A stretch of DNA of 12,771 nt from Armatimonadota bacterium (GCA_037443365.1 JBBIOM010000027.1:10353-23123), one strand, 5' to 3'. Positions 1 through 8,454 are shown, counted from the stretch's first letter. Numbers and translations: made by a program. The notes: generated by a model from the sequence alone, not told the origin.

Positions 1-594
1 GCCGCGCGCCTGCTGCGCGAGCGGCTGGCGCGGTTGCCCGTTGCGCTGCTTGTCATGCTCGCCTTCGCTGCCTACATGGCCGCCGTGATCAGGGCCCGCT
101 GGGACTGGCGCGCGCCGCTGGCCGGCGTGGTCGCCTACACCGTGGTGTACCAGGGCCTGTACTTCGGGCGTGGCTATGCCTGGTCGCTGAGCGCCTTCAA
201 CACCGAGGAGCAGATCATGCGGTTCCTCACCGCGCGCACGCTGGACGCGATGATAGCGCTGCTCGTCGCCGCCATCGTGGTTGGGGTGCTGGCCCGCCGC
301 GCCAGGCCGCTTGAGGCCGCGCTCAACACGGTCACCACCGCGTTTCTCGTGATGTGGTGGCTGGCGTTTCAGATGGGGATCTTCTACGTGCTCTACGGAC
401 TGAACTTCCCCTGGTACATGCCCGACCTGCGCCTGGGATTCAAGTACCTGCTGGACGTGTTGCAGACCGGCGCGTTCTGGCCGCTGGCCCCTGCCCCGCT
501 GCTCGTGGCGCTGCTGCCTGTCGCGCTCGGCGCGCGCTGGCTCGCGGCGCGCGTGCCGGCGGTGTGCCCGTTGCGCAAGGCCCTTCGCCCATGA
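1..594 (+). CDS. C-terminal part of a polytopic membrane protein (5'-truncated by the window edge); possibly the membrane-anchor region of an alkaline-phosphatase-superfamily protein
   Basis: Frame 1 is open from base 1 (AARLLRERLARLPVALL...) to TGA at 592-594 and contains about 5 hydrophobic TM-like segments. The stop overlaps the next ATG (ATGA 591-594). The family guess is weak recollection only. Confidence 0.75.
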   Translation, partial: AARLLRERLARLPVALLVMLAFAAYMAAVIRARWDWRAPLAGVVAYTVVYQGLYFGRGYAWSLSAFNTEEQIMRFLTARTLDAMIALLVAAIVVGVLARRARPLEAALNTVTTAFLVMWWLAFQMGIFYVLYGLNFPWYMPDLRLGFKYLLDVLQTGAFWPLAPAPLLVALLPVALGARWLAARVPAVCPLRKALRP

Positions 595-1982
595 GCGGCC
601 AGTTTGACTGCGTCATCGTAGGATCCGGCACCTCAGGGGGTGTCATCGCCTACTACCTGACCGCCGGGGGCATGCGCTGCCTGCTGCTCGAGGCCGGCGA
701 TGCCTACGGCGCCGGCACCTTCCCCGAGAACGATATGGACGGATCTGCCCGGCTGTTCTGGGGCGGCGGGCTCGAACTCGGCGCCACTGCGGAGATGGCG
801 TTCCTGCGCGCCCGCTGCCTGGGCGGCACCTCGGTTGTCAACCAGTGCCTGCTCGATCGTTTCGACGAGCACGCCTGGGACGCGTGGCAGGCAACATCCG
901 GGATCGGCTTCTTCAACGCCCGGGACATGGCCCCCCACTACAGTGAGATCGAGGGCCGCCTGCCCATCAAGGAGATCCCCTCGACGCAGCACAACCGCAA
1001 TGCCCGCCTGTTCGTGCACGGCTGCGAGGCACTGGGGTACCGGTGGGCGCCGCTGCGCCGCGGCGAGACCGACTGCGCGATCGAGCAGGGGAACGACTGC
1101 ATCGCCTGCCTGAACGGGTGCCGGCGTGATTCCAAGCAGAGCACCCTGGTGACGTTCATCCGATGGGCGCAGGACCTGGGGCTCGCGGTGCGGCCGGGGT
1201 TTCAGGTCGAGCGGCTGGAGAGCACCCCTGACGGCGTGCGGCTCGCCGGCACAGAGCGCGGAGCGCCCCACGAGATCCGCGCGCCCAGGGTCGTCCTGGC
1301 AGCCGGTGCGTTGGGTAGCACGCGCCTGCTGCTCTGCTCCGGATTCGACAGGTACCTGCCGTCGTTGGGGGCGGGGTTCTACTGCCACCCGCAGATGATG
1401 ACCTTCGCGGAGTTCGACGAGCCCGTGGACGCGCACAGGGGCGCCTTTCAGGCCTGCAAGTCCGACGATCCGCGCTTCCGGCGGGCAGGGTTCAAGCTGG
1501 AAAACGTCTTTGCCCCGCCTACCTCGGTGGGGATGCTCTACCCGGGATTCGGTGCGCGCCTACAGGAGTTCATGCTGCGCTACCGGCACCTGGCGTCCTT
1601 GGAGGTAGCGGTGCAGGATGTGGTCCCCGGCAGGATCAGCGTGGACGCGCGGGGCAGGCTGCGCATAGCGAAGCGGTTGGAAGGAGAGGACCTCCGGCGG
1701 GGGCAGGCCGGGCTGCGCGCCGTAAGGGAGATCCTCGAGCGCGCGGGCGCCCGCACCATCCTTCACTGCCCGATAGGCTTCGGCCTGCACCTCATGGGAG
1801 GGGTGGCGATCGGCCAGGATGCCCGACGCGCGGCGGTGGACGAGAGGTTCAACCTGCGCGGATTCCCGAACATCTACATCGCCGACTCGAGCATCTTCCC
1901 GGCGGCGCCAGGGGTTAACCCGGCGCTGACCATCATGGCGCTGGGTCACAGGGCGAGTCAGGAGATCCTGCATGCCGTCTAG
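591..1982 (+). CDS. GMC (glucose-methanol-choline) family FAD-dependent oxidoreductase, 463 aa
   Basis: True start is ATG 591 (ATGA overlap), not 354. Motifs: Rossmann VIVGSGTSGG...LLLEAG, LGGTSVVN, VVLAAGALGS, catalytic-type His (GLHLMGG) and ADSSIFP..GVNPALTIMALG. Confidence 0.92.
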   Translation: MSGQFDCVIVGSGTSGGVIAYYLTAGGMRCLLLEAGDAYGAGTFPENDMDGSARLFWGGGLELGATAEMAFLRARCLGGTSVVNQCLLDRFDEHAWDAWQATSGIGFFNARDMAPHYSEIEGRLPIKEIPSTQHNRNARLFVHGCEALGYRWAPLRRGETDCAIEQGNDCIACLNGCRRDSKQSTLVTFIRWAQDLGLAVRPGFQVERLESTPDGVRLAGTERGAPHEIRAPRVVLAAGALGSTRLLLCSGFDRYLPSLGAGFYCHPQMMTFAEFDEPVDAHRGAFQACKSDDPRFRRAGFKLENVFAPPTSVGMLYPGFGARLQEFMLRYRHLASLEVAVQDVVPGRISVDARGRLRIAKRLEGEDLRRGQAGLRAVREILERAGARTILHCPIGFGLHLMGGVAIGQDARRAAVDERFNLRGFPNIYIADSSIFPAAPGVNPALTIMALGHRASQEILHAV

Positions 1983-2376
1983 CATCCTCACGCCGCGCGA
2001 GTTGCGGGCACTGGAGCGGGTGGGCGACATCATAGCGCCGGCGTGCGGGCCGCTACCTGCCTTCTCCGCCACCGGGTGCGTGCACTATGTGGACGATCTG
2101 CTCAGGTACATGCCACCAGAGGACGTGGCCGACATCCGGCTGCTGCTGCGGATACTCTCCGTCAAGCCGACGTCCGGCATCCGGTTCATCCTGGCCCTGG
2201 CCGGGGCCGGCCGGCGATGGAGGGGGCCTGTGGGCGCGGCGCTTCGGATGATCGAGATCGGGCTGAAGGGTCTGGTCGTCTCGCTCTACTACTCGGGTAG
2301 GACCGCGCCCGGCTACGCCGGGGCGTCACCGGTGGACGTCATCGGCTACAGGCCGCGCGTGGTCCCGCGCGACTAG
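1972..2376 (+). CDS. Small GMC-partner protein resembling the gluconate 2-dehydrogenase subunit 3 (gamma/small subunit) family
   Basis: Overlaps the GMC stop by 11 bp. It shows the patterns LT.RE..AL....D.I.P, 'SLYYS' and a terminal 'IGY', typical of small subunits found next to GMC flavoproteins. No Tat signal is present. Confidence 0.7.
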   Translation: MPSSILTPRELRALERVGDIIAPACGPLPAFSATGCVHYVDDLLRYMPPEDVADIRLLLRILSVKPTSGIRFILALAGAGRRWRGPVGAALRMIEIGLKGLVVSLYYSGRTAPGYAGASPVDVIGYRPRVVPRD

Positions 2377-2627
2377 CGTCCCCTTGTCGAGCCCGTTTGG
2401 GGTTCACCGCGCGCCTCCACGCGCAACCGCTGTCCCGCGTAGAGTGCGCCGCCCAAGCCCACCTCGGCCCCGACACCCTCATCCAGGACGAGGTGGGTGC
2501 CGGTCTCGACCGGCGTGACGAACCGGCGGCCGCTCGCTGCGCTGATCAGCGCGTCCTTCACCCGGGCGCCGCGCCAGAGCACTACCGGCGCGCCGTTCAC
2601 CGTCACGGTCAGCCGCCGGGGTGGCAC
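2373..2627 (-). CDS. Small hypothetical protein, probable beta-grasp (ThiS/MoaD/ubiquitin-like) fold, 84 aa
   Basis: GTG start 15 bp after the nucleotidase stop, with GGGG upstream. The pattern LTVTVNGAPVVL..GARVKDAL...L..GQRLRVE is ThiS-like. The stop overlaps the convergent gene's stop in CTAG (2373-2376). Confidence 0.65.
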   Translation of the reverse strand: MPPRRLTVTVNGAPVVLWRGARVKDALISAASGRRFVTPVETGTHLVLDEGVGAEVGLGGALYAGQRLRVEARGEPQTGSTRGR

Positions 2628-2642
2628 GGTCAGGCCCCGGGC

Positions 2643-4460
2643 CTACCGACGCACCGCCACACGAATGCGGCCCTCTGTGGGCGCGTAGCTGACTACCCCC
2701 CGCAGCGTCCTCTCGATGTACGCCGCGAGGTCCAGCACGTCCGTGTTGGACGAGACGTCCAGCGGCGCGCCGTAGGTGTGGAACAGGTAGCCGCCACCCC
2801 CGGTGCCCATGTAGTCGTTCACCGCGACGCGGTAGCGGCGCGATGGGTCGAGCGGCCGGCCGCCGATGGTGATCTCGGCGTCGAGCAGCCGACGCTCGGC
2901 GTCCACGAGGTACAGGATGGTCATCCCTGAGACCTGCAGGTCCACCTGGTTGCGCCGCGCGTACGACGACCGCACGGCCTCCCTGAGCTGCTCGCCGGTG
3001 ACCTCGAACAGCATGAAGTAGTTGGCGAACGGCATCACGGCGTAGAGCCCGCGTAACGTGATCGCGCCGGCTGGGATCGGGGCGCGGATGCCGCCGTTGT
3101 TCATCAGCCCCACGTCGGCCCGTTCGAATGACGCGCGCGTGGCGTCCGCGATCAGGTTTCCGATGGCGACGTCCCCGGCGGTGAGGTTGTCGCGGGCAAG
3201 CGGCGTCGCGGCATGCCCGATGCGCCGGTCCAGCACCGCGGCCATCCGGTCCTCCCAGCGCGCCACGATCGAGCGCACGCCGGGGTCGGTCTCCCGCAGC
3301 GCGCGGGTCTCGAGCAGCCTGGCGGTAACGCTGTTGCGGCGGGCGGCCAGGTCTCTGGTGAGTTCCACCTGCCCCAGGTACTGGCTGTTGGCACCGGCCT
3401 GCACGATCGGGACCCCGCCCTCGAAGACCGGCACCCGCAGCACCGTGTGGGAGTGCCCTCCTATGACGAGGTCCAGGTCGTCGGCCGCCCGCGCGATCTC
3501 GCGGTCCAGATCCACGCCCAGGTGCGTGACGGCCACGACCAGGTCCGCCTGCTGGCGTAGCTGCGCGGCCATCACGCGCGCGACCGCGACCGGATCGAGG
3601 AACGCCAGCCCCACGGTGTTCTGCCGTCGCGTCGCCGGCGGCGTCTCGATGACGCCGAAGAAGGCGATGCGCTGCCCCAGGTCGGTCGTGGCGATCAGGT
3701 ACGGATCGAAGGGCGCGATCGGCGTAGCCGCGCGGTTGGTCACCCGGATGTTGGCGCCCAGCCACGGGAAGGCCGACTCGGACCGGCGGGATTGGGTCTC
3801 GGCGGGACCGTGATCGAAATCGTGGTTGCCGGCCGCCATCAGCGTGACGCCCATCGCGTTGAGCGCTTCTATCACCGGCCGTCCGGCGTTCAGGTCGGAG
3901 ATGGCGTTTCCCGAGAAGATGTCTCCGGCGACCACGAAGTAGGTGTTTGGCTGCGCCGCGCGGGCCCGTCGTATCTCCGCGGCCTGGGCTGCCAGGCCTT
4001 CTACTGCGCCGTGCACGTCGTTGGTGTGGAAGAAGGCCACATTGATGAATCTTGGGATCTCCAGGCTCAGGGTTGCCGAAGCGCCGGGCGGCGCCCGGGC
4101 CGCGATGCGGATCCGGTTCGGTCCCCATCGAACCAGGCCGCTCAGGTCGAGGACCGCCCCCGGCCCGTCCCCCAGGGGTATCTCGAAGGCGTTGACCGCG
4201 ATCGTTACCCCGGTCAGCCCCTGGTTTGTGAAGGAGAGCTTTGCCACGCCGGCGCGGACGAAGATACTCTCCTCGATGGCGCCGGCGCGCAACGCATCAG
4301 CGGTCACGACCCGGGTGTATATGGGGAACGTCTCGAGCGCACGAGCCCAGGGGCGTGGTGGCCATGGCGTCTGGGAGGTCGCGCCGGAGGCGGCGGGCAA
4401 CGCGGGGGAGAGCGCCAGCGCGCCCAGGAGCGCCAGCGCGACGACCCGCCTGGAGGGCAT
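2643..4460 (-). CDS. Exported bifunctional metallophosphatase / 5'-nucleotidase (UshA/CpdB family), about 605 aa
   Basis: Calcineurin-like motifs HTNDVHG, AGDIFSG, GNHDFD, VTHLG and GGHSH; 5_nucleotid_C motifs NNGGIRA, MPFAN, QVSG and NDYM..GGGGY; N-terminal signal peptide MPSRRVVALALLGALALSPALPAASG. The start was placed at ATG 4460 (TGATG overlap with the upstream stop). Confidence 0.92.
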   Translation of the reverse strand: MPSRRVVALALLGALALSPALPAASGATSQTPWPPRPWARALETFPIYTRVVTADALRAGAIEESIFVRAGVAKLSFTNQGLTGVTIAVNAFEIPLGDGPGAVLDLSGLVRWGPNRIRIAARAPPGASATLSLEIPRFINVAFFHTNDVHGAVEGLAAQAAEIRRARAAQPNTYFVVAGDIFSGNAISDLNAGRPVIEALNAMGVTLMAAGNHDFDHGPAETQSRRSESAFPWLGANIRVTNRAATPIAPFDPYLIATTDLGQRIAFFGVIETPPATRRQNTVGLAFLDPVAVARVMAAQLRQQADLVVAVTHLGVDLDREIARAADDLDLVIGGHSHTVLRVPVFEGGVPIVQAGANSQYLGQVELTRDLAARRNSVTARLLETRALRETDPGVRSIVARWEDRMAAVLDRRIGHAATPLARDNLTAGDVAIGNLIADATRASFERADVGLMNNGGIRAPIPAGAITLRGLYAVMPFANYFMLFEVTGEQLREAVRSSYARRNQVDLQVSGMTILYLVDAERRLLDAEITIGGRPLDPSRRYRVAVNDYMGTGGGGYLFHTYGAPLDVSSNTDVLDLAAYIERTLRGVVSYAPTEGRIRVAVRR

Positions 4461-5416
4461 CACTCCTCGGGGCCGGCTTCGCGGATGAACCGATCCCATC
4501 GGAGCCGTCCCGGCGGTCTCTCTGCCCCGCGCGCGTAGGCGATCGCGAGATCGGCCATCTTCTCAACGACCCACTCGAAGTAGACGTCCCGGATGCGGGC
4601 GCGCTCAAAGTCCGGCGCCGGGTTCATGAAGTCGATCGCGTAGGGCACGTTGTCGCGGATCGCGAACTCGACCGTGTTCATGTCCAGGCCCAGGACCTCG
4701 CAGATCATGCGCGCGTCGCGCACAACCCGCGCGCCCAGTTCCGGCGTCAGGTGCTGGTGGTCCACGATGTACCGCTCGGTCCAGTAGAGGCGCGGGTCCC
4801 ACCGGACGGGCATGATCTCGCGCCGGCCAATGCAGATGCACCGGACGTAGTGATCGTACTCGACGTACTCCTGCAGGATCATAGTCTGCGGGCCGCTCTG
4901 GTCGTAGCAGCGCCACAACTCCTCGAGGGAGTGGACCTTGAGGACCTGCCCTGACCCGCCCGCGGCGTTGGGCTTCAGCACGGCCGGGAGGCCCACGTAC
5001 TCGACGATCTGCTCCCAGGGAATCGGGTAGGCCAGGTTCCGCAGCGACGCCGGGCCCACGCCCTCGGCGTAGGACTTGTTGGGCAACGCGACTGTCCGGG
5101 GCACCGCGATCCCCAACCGCGCAAGCAGCGCGGTCCCGAAGAACTTCTCCGAGGCCGACCACCAGAAGGGGTTGTTGACCACCGCCGTCCCCGCCAGCGC
5201 CGCGTACTTGACGTAGGTGCGATAGTATGGCACCTCGTGCGAGACGCGGTCAATGACCACCGCGTACTGCCGCGGGTCGTCCAGGCGCGTTCCTCCCAGG
5301 CAGCACAGCTCCGCTGCAACGCCGTCTATGCCGCGGCCGTTGATCCGCTCGATCAACGCGGCCGGGAACGACTCCTCAGTGCCGACCAGCAAACCGATCC
5401 TGCGCGTCTGGTTCAT
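4460..5416 (-). CDS. ATP-grasp protein, RimK/glutathione-synthase-like, uncharacterised esterase-associated family, 318 aa
   Basis: ATG at 5416 with AGGAG upstream (MNQTRRIGLLVG...). Motifs: VIDRVSH, NNPFWWSASEKFF, PRT, GLPAVLKP, ILQEYV, and a C-terminal NTVEFAIRDNVPYAIDFMNPAPD. Confidence 0.85.
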   Translation of the reverse strand: MNQTRRIGLLVGTEESFPAALIERINGRGIDGVAAELCCLGGTRLDDPRQYAVVIDRVSHEVPYYRTYVKYAALAGTAVVNNPFWWSASEKFFGTALLARLGIAVPRTVALPNKSYAEGVGPASLRNLAYPIPWEQIVEYVGLPAVLKPNAAGGSGQVLKVHSLEELWRCYDQSGPQTMILQEYVEYDHYVRCICIGRREIMPVRWDPRLYWTERYIVDHQHLTPELGARVVRDARMICEVLGLDMNTVEFAIRDNVPYAIDFMNPAPDFERARIRDVYFEWVVEKMADLAIAYARGAERPPGRLRWDRFIREAGPEE

Positions 5417-5433
5417 GTGAGGGGCTCCTGCTG

Positions 5434-6165
5434 CTAGAGGTAGTGCGGGATCGCCTCCCGCCATAGCGGCCAGTCGTGCGTGCGCTCCCACCATACGGCC
5501 AGCTGGTGCTGCACGCCCTTGGCACCGAGCGTCTCGGAGAGGGCGCGGGTGGACGCCAGTGCGATGTCGTGCTCGCCGGCCAGCAGCACGATCTGCATGC
5601 GGCGCATCGGGCGGAGGTACGTCTCGTCGGTCAGGTTCGGCAGGAAGTCCAGAGGGCAGTTGAAGTAGACGTCGTCATCCGTGTACCCGTCGAGGAATCC
5701 CTTGATGTCGTAGCGTCCGGACAGGGCGACCAGCTTGGTCACGAGCGATGGATGGCGAAACGCCAGGTTGGCGGCGTGGTAGGCGCCGAACGAGGTGCCG
5801 GTGACCAGCAGCGGGCCGGGGTTGCGGCTGCGGATGAACGGCAGATACTCCGCCAGGATGTACCGCTCGTAGTCCAGGTGGCGCAGTATCCTCTGGCGCG
5901 GGGCCACGGCCCTGTTGTACCACGACTCCGCGTCCACGCTGTCCGGGCAGAAGAGCTGGATCAACCCCGCATCCATCTTGGAATCCAGGGCCGCCACCAT
6001 GCCAAAGTCCTCGTACTGGTAGAACCGCCCCATCGTGGTCGGGAAGACCAGCACGGGCGCACCGGCATGCCCGAAGACCAGCGTCTCCATGGTCCGGCCC
6101 AGGTTCGGGCTGATCCAGTGGTGATACTCGCGCTTCATCGGCGTCCCGGGTTCAGTGTTCGACAT
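5434..6165 (-). CDS. Alpha/beta-hydrolase fold esterase (putative esterase / XynC / Ag85-like family)
   Basis: Nucleophile elbow GTSFG, acid residue in GEHD and His in THDWPLW. The N-terminus REYHHWISPNLGRTME.LVFGHAG is typical of this family. ATG 6165 has GGAGG 4 nt upstream; ATG 6138 is an alternative start. Confidence 0.88.
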   Translation of the reverse strand: MSNTEPGTPMKREYHHWISPNLGRTMETLVFGHAGAPVLVFPTTMGRFYQYEDFGMVAALDSKMDAGLIQLFCPDSVDAESWYNRAVAPRQRILRHLDYERYILAEYLPFIRSRNPGPLLVTGTSFGAYHAANLAFRHPSLVTKLVALSGRYDIKGFLDGYTDDDVYFNCPLDFLPNLTDETYLRPMRRMQIVLLAGEHDIALASTRALSETLGAKGVQHQLAVWWERTHDWPLWREAIPHYL

Positions 6166-6223
6166 CCGGCCTCCAAATCATCCTCCAGGAGGGGCCGCCG
6201 CGGGTGGCGCCGAAGGCCGCTCC

Positions 6224-7201
<978 letters not shown>

Positions 7202-7230
7202 CGCCCGGCGCCCGCGCGGGAGCGGCGGAG

Positions 7231-8454
7231 ATGTTCTCGCAGGGATGGCTGACCGTCGGGAGCCTGCTGCTGGTCCTCGGCCTGGCCGCCCACCGCGGCG
7301 GGCCGTTCCTGGTCGGCCTGGTCGTGTTGCTGGGCGCCGCGACCTCGTACCTGTCGCACAGGTACTGCCTCCACCGTGTGGAGTTTCGCCGGGCGTTCGT
7401 GCCGCGGAGGGCTTTCCAGGGCGAGGAGATCACCCTCACGCTGGAGGTCACCAACCGCAAGCCGCTCCCCCTGGCGTGGCTCGAGGTGACCGACGAGCTG
7501 CCCGAACAGATCGTGCCCAGGCGCGGGCGCATCGTGCCCGGCCTGCGGCAGCGCCGCCAGCACCTGGTGCACCTGTTCTCGCTGCGCTGGTACGAGCGGG
7601 TGCGCCGGCGCGTGGCCATCACCTGCACTGCACGCGGGTACTTCCCGCTGGGCCCGGCGCGCCTGCGTTCGGGTGACCTGTTCGGGATCACCTCGCAGGG
7701 CCTCACCCTGGAAGGTGCCGATCACCTGATCGTCTATCCCAAGATAGTGCCGCTGGAGGCGCTCGGGATTCCCGCGCTGCACCCCATTGGCGACTCCCGC
7801 GCGTCCCGGCCGCTGCTGGAGGATCCTACCCGCACCATAGGCGTGCGCGCCTACCAGACGACCGACCCAGTGCGGCGGGTCCACTGGAAGGCCACCGCGC
7901 GCACCGGGCGCCTCCAGACAAGGCAGTACGAGTCCACCACGACCCACCGTCTGGCGATCCTGCTCAACCTGGACACCCTCGGCGAGTACGCCGAGTACCG
8001 GGGCTTCATCCGCCCGCTGCTGGAGCTGAACATCATGATCGCGGCTTCGCTTGCGGCGTGGGCCGAGGAGCAGGGGATCCCGATCGGGCTCCACGCAAAC
8101 GGGTACCTGCCCGAGGGGCTGCGGCGTGTGCGGTTTGCGCCGGCGCTCGGGGCGGCGCACCTCACGGCGATGCTGGAGGCGCTGGCCAAGGTGTTCTCGA
8201 CACCGGTAGTGCCGCTGGGCGACCTCATGGCGCTGGAGGCGGGCGCGCTTCCATGGGGCACGACCGCGGTCGTCGTCACCGCGGTGGTGGATCAGCCGCT
8301 GCTCGTCGGTGTCGCGCGGCTGCGCGAGGCCGGTCACGGCGTCGTGATGGTGCTGGTCGGTGATCGGGTGCGCGATCCGCAGATCGGGGTTCCCACGCAT
8401 CGCGTGAGCGGGGAGGCGGGCTGGCGTGCGATGGATCACATCCGGCTCGTCTGA
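7231..8454 (+). CDS. DUF58 domain-containing protein (MoxR partner, degenerate VWA-like)
   Basis: Two N-terminal TM segments, RGYFPLGP..L.SGDLFG and the DUF58 signature GVRAYQTTDPVRRVHWKATARTGRLQTRQYE. It lies directly downstream of moxR. Confidence 0.92.
   Translation: MFSQGWLTVGSLLLVLGLAAHRGGPFLVGLVVLLGAATSYLSHRYCLHRVEFRRAFVPRRAFQGEEITLTLEVTNRKPLPLAWLEVTDELPEQIVPRRGRIVPGLRQRRQHLVHLFSLRWYERVRRRVAITCTARGYFPLGPARLRSGDLFGITSQGLTLEGADHLIVYPKIVPLEALGIPALHPIGDSRASRPLLEDPTRTIGVRAYQTTDPVRRVHWKATARTGRLQTRQYESTTTHRLAILLNLDTLGEYAEYRGFIRPLLELNIMIAASLAAWAEEQGIPIGLHANGYLPEGLRRVRFAPALGAAHLTAMLEALAKVFSTPVVPLGDLMALEAGALPWGTTAVVVTAVVDQPLLVGVARLREAGHGVVMVLVGDRVRDPQIGVPTHRVSGEAGWRAMDHIRLV

Noticed and set aside
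354..590. 79-aa N-terminal extension of the GMC ORF in the ORF track
   Set aside because: It overlaps the upstream membrane-protein CDS out of frame. The Rossmann motif starts right after ATG 591, which forms an ATGA overlap.
2479..4128. 549-aa alternative-frame ORF on the minus strand, and other long antisense ORFs (5476-6855, 6152-7090, 6997-8439, 8276-9769, 10780-11679)
   Set aside because: These are Arg/Gly/Pro/Ala-rich translations with no motifs that overlap well-supported genes, as expected from stop-codon scarcity at high GC.
4410..4440. 13-bp direct repeat GAGCGCCAGCGCG (two copies)
   Set aside because: It simply encodes the repeated ALAL in the nucleotidase signal peptide.
5417..5494. 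Extended start of the ATP-grasp ORF at 5494
   Set aside because: It overlaps the esterase 3' end. ATG 5416 has an AGGAG RBS and matches the expected N-terminus.
6155..6223. GTG 6155 start for moxR
   Set aside because: It would overlap the divergent esterase start and adds a low-complexity Gly/Ala/Pro leader. ATG 6224 gives a typical MoxR length.
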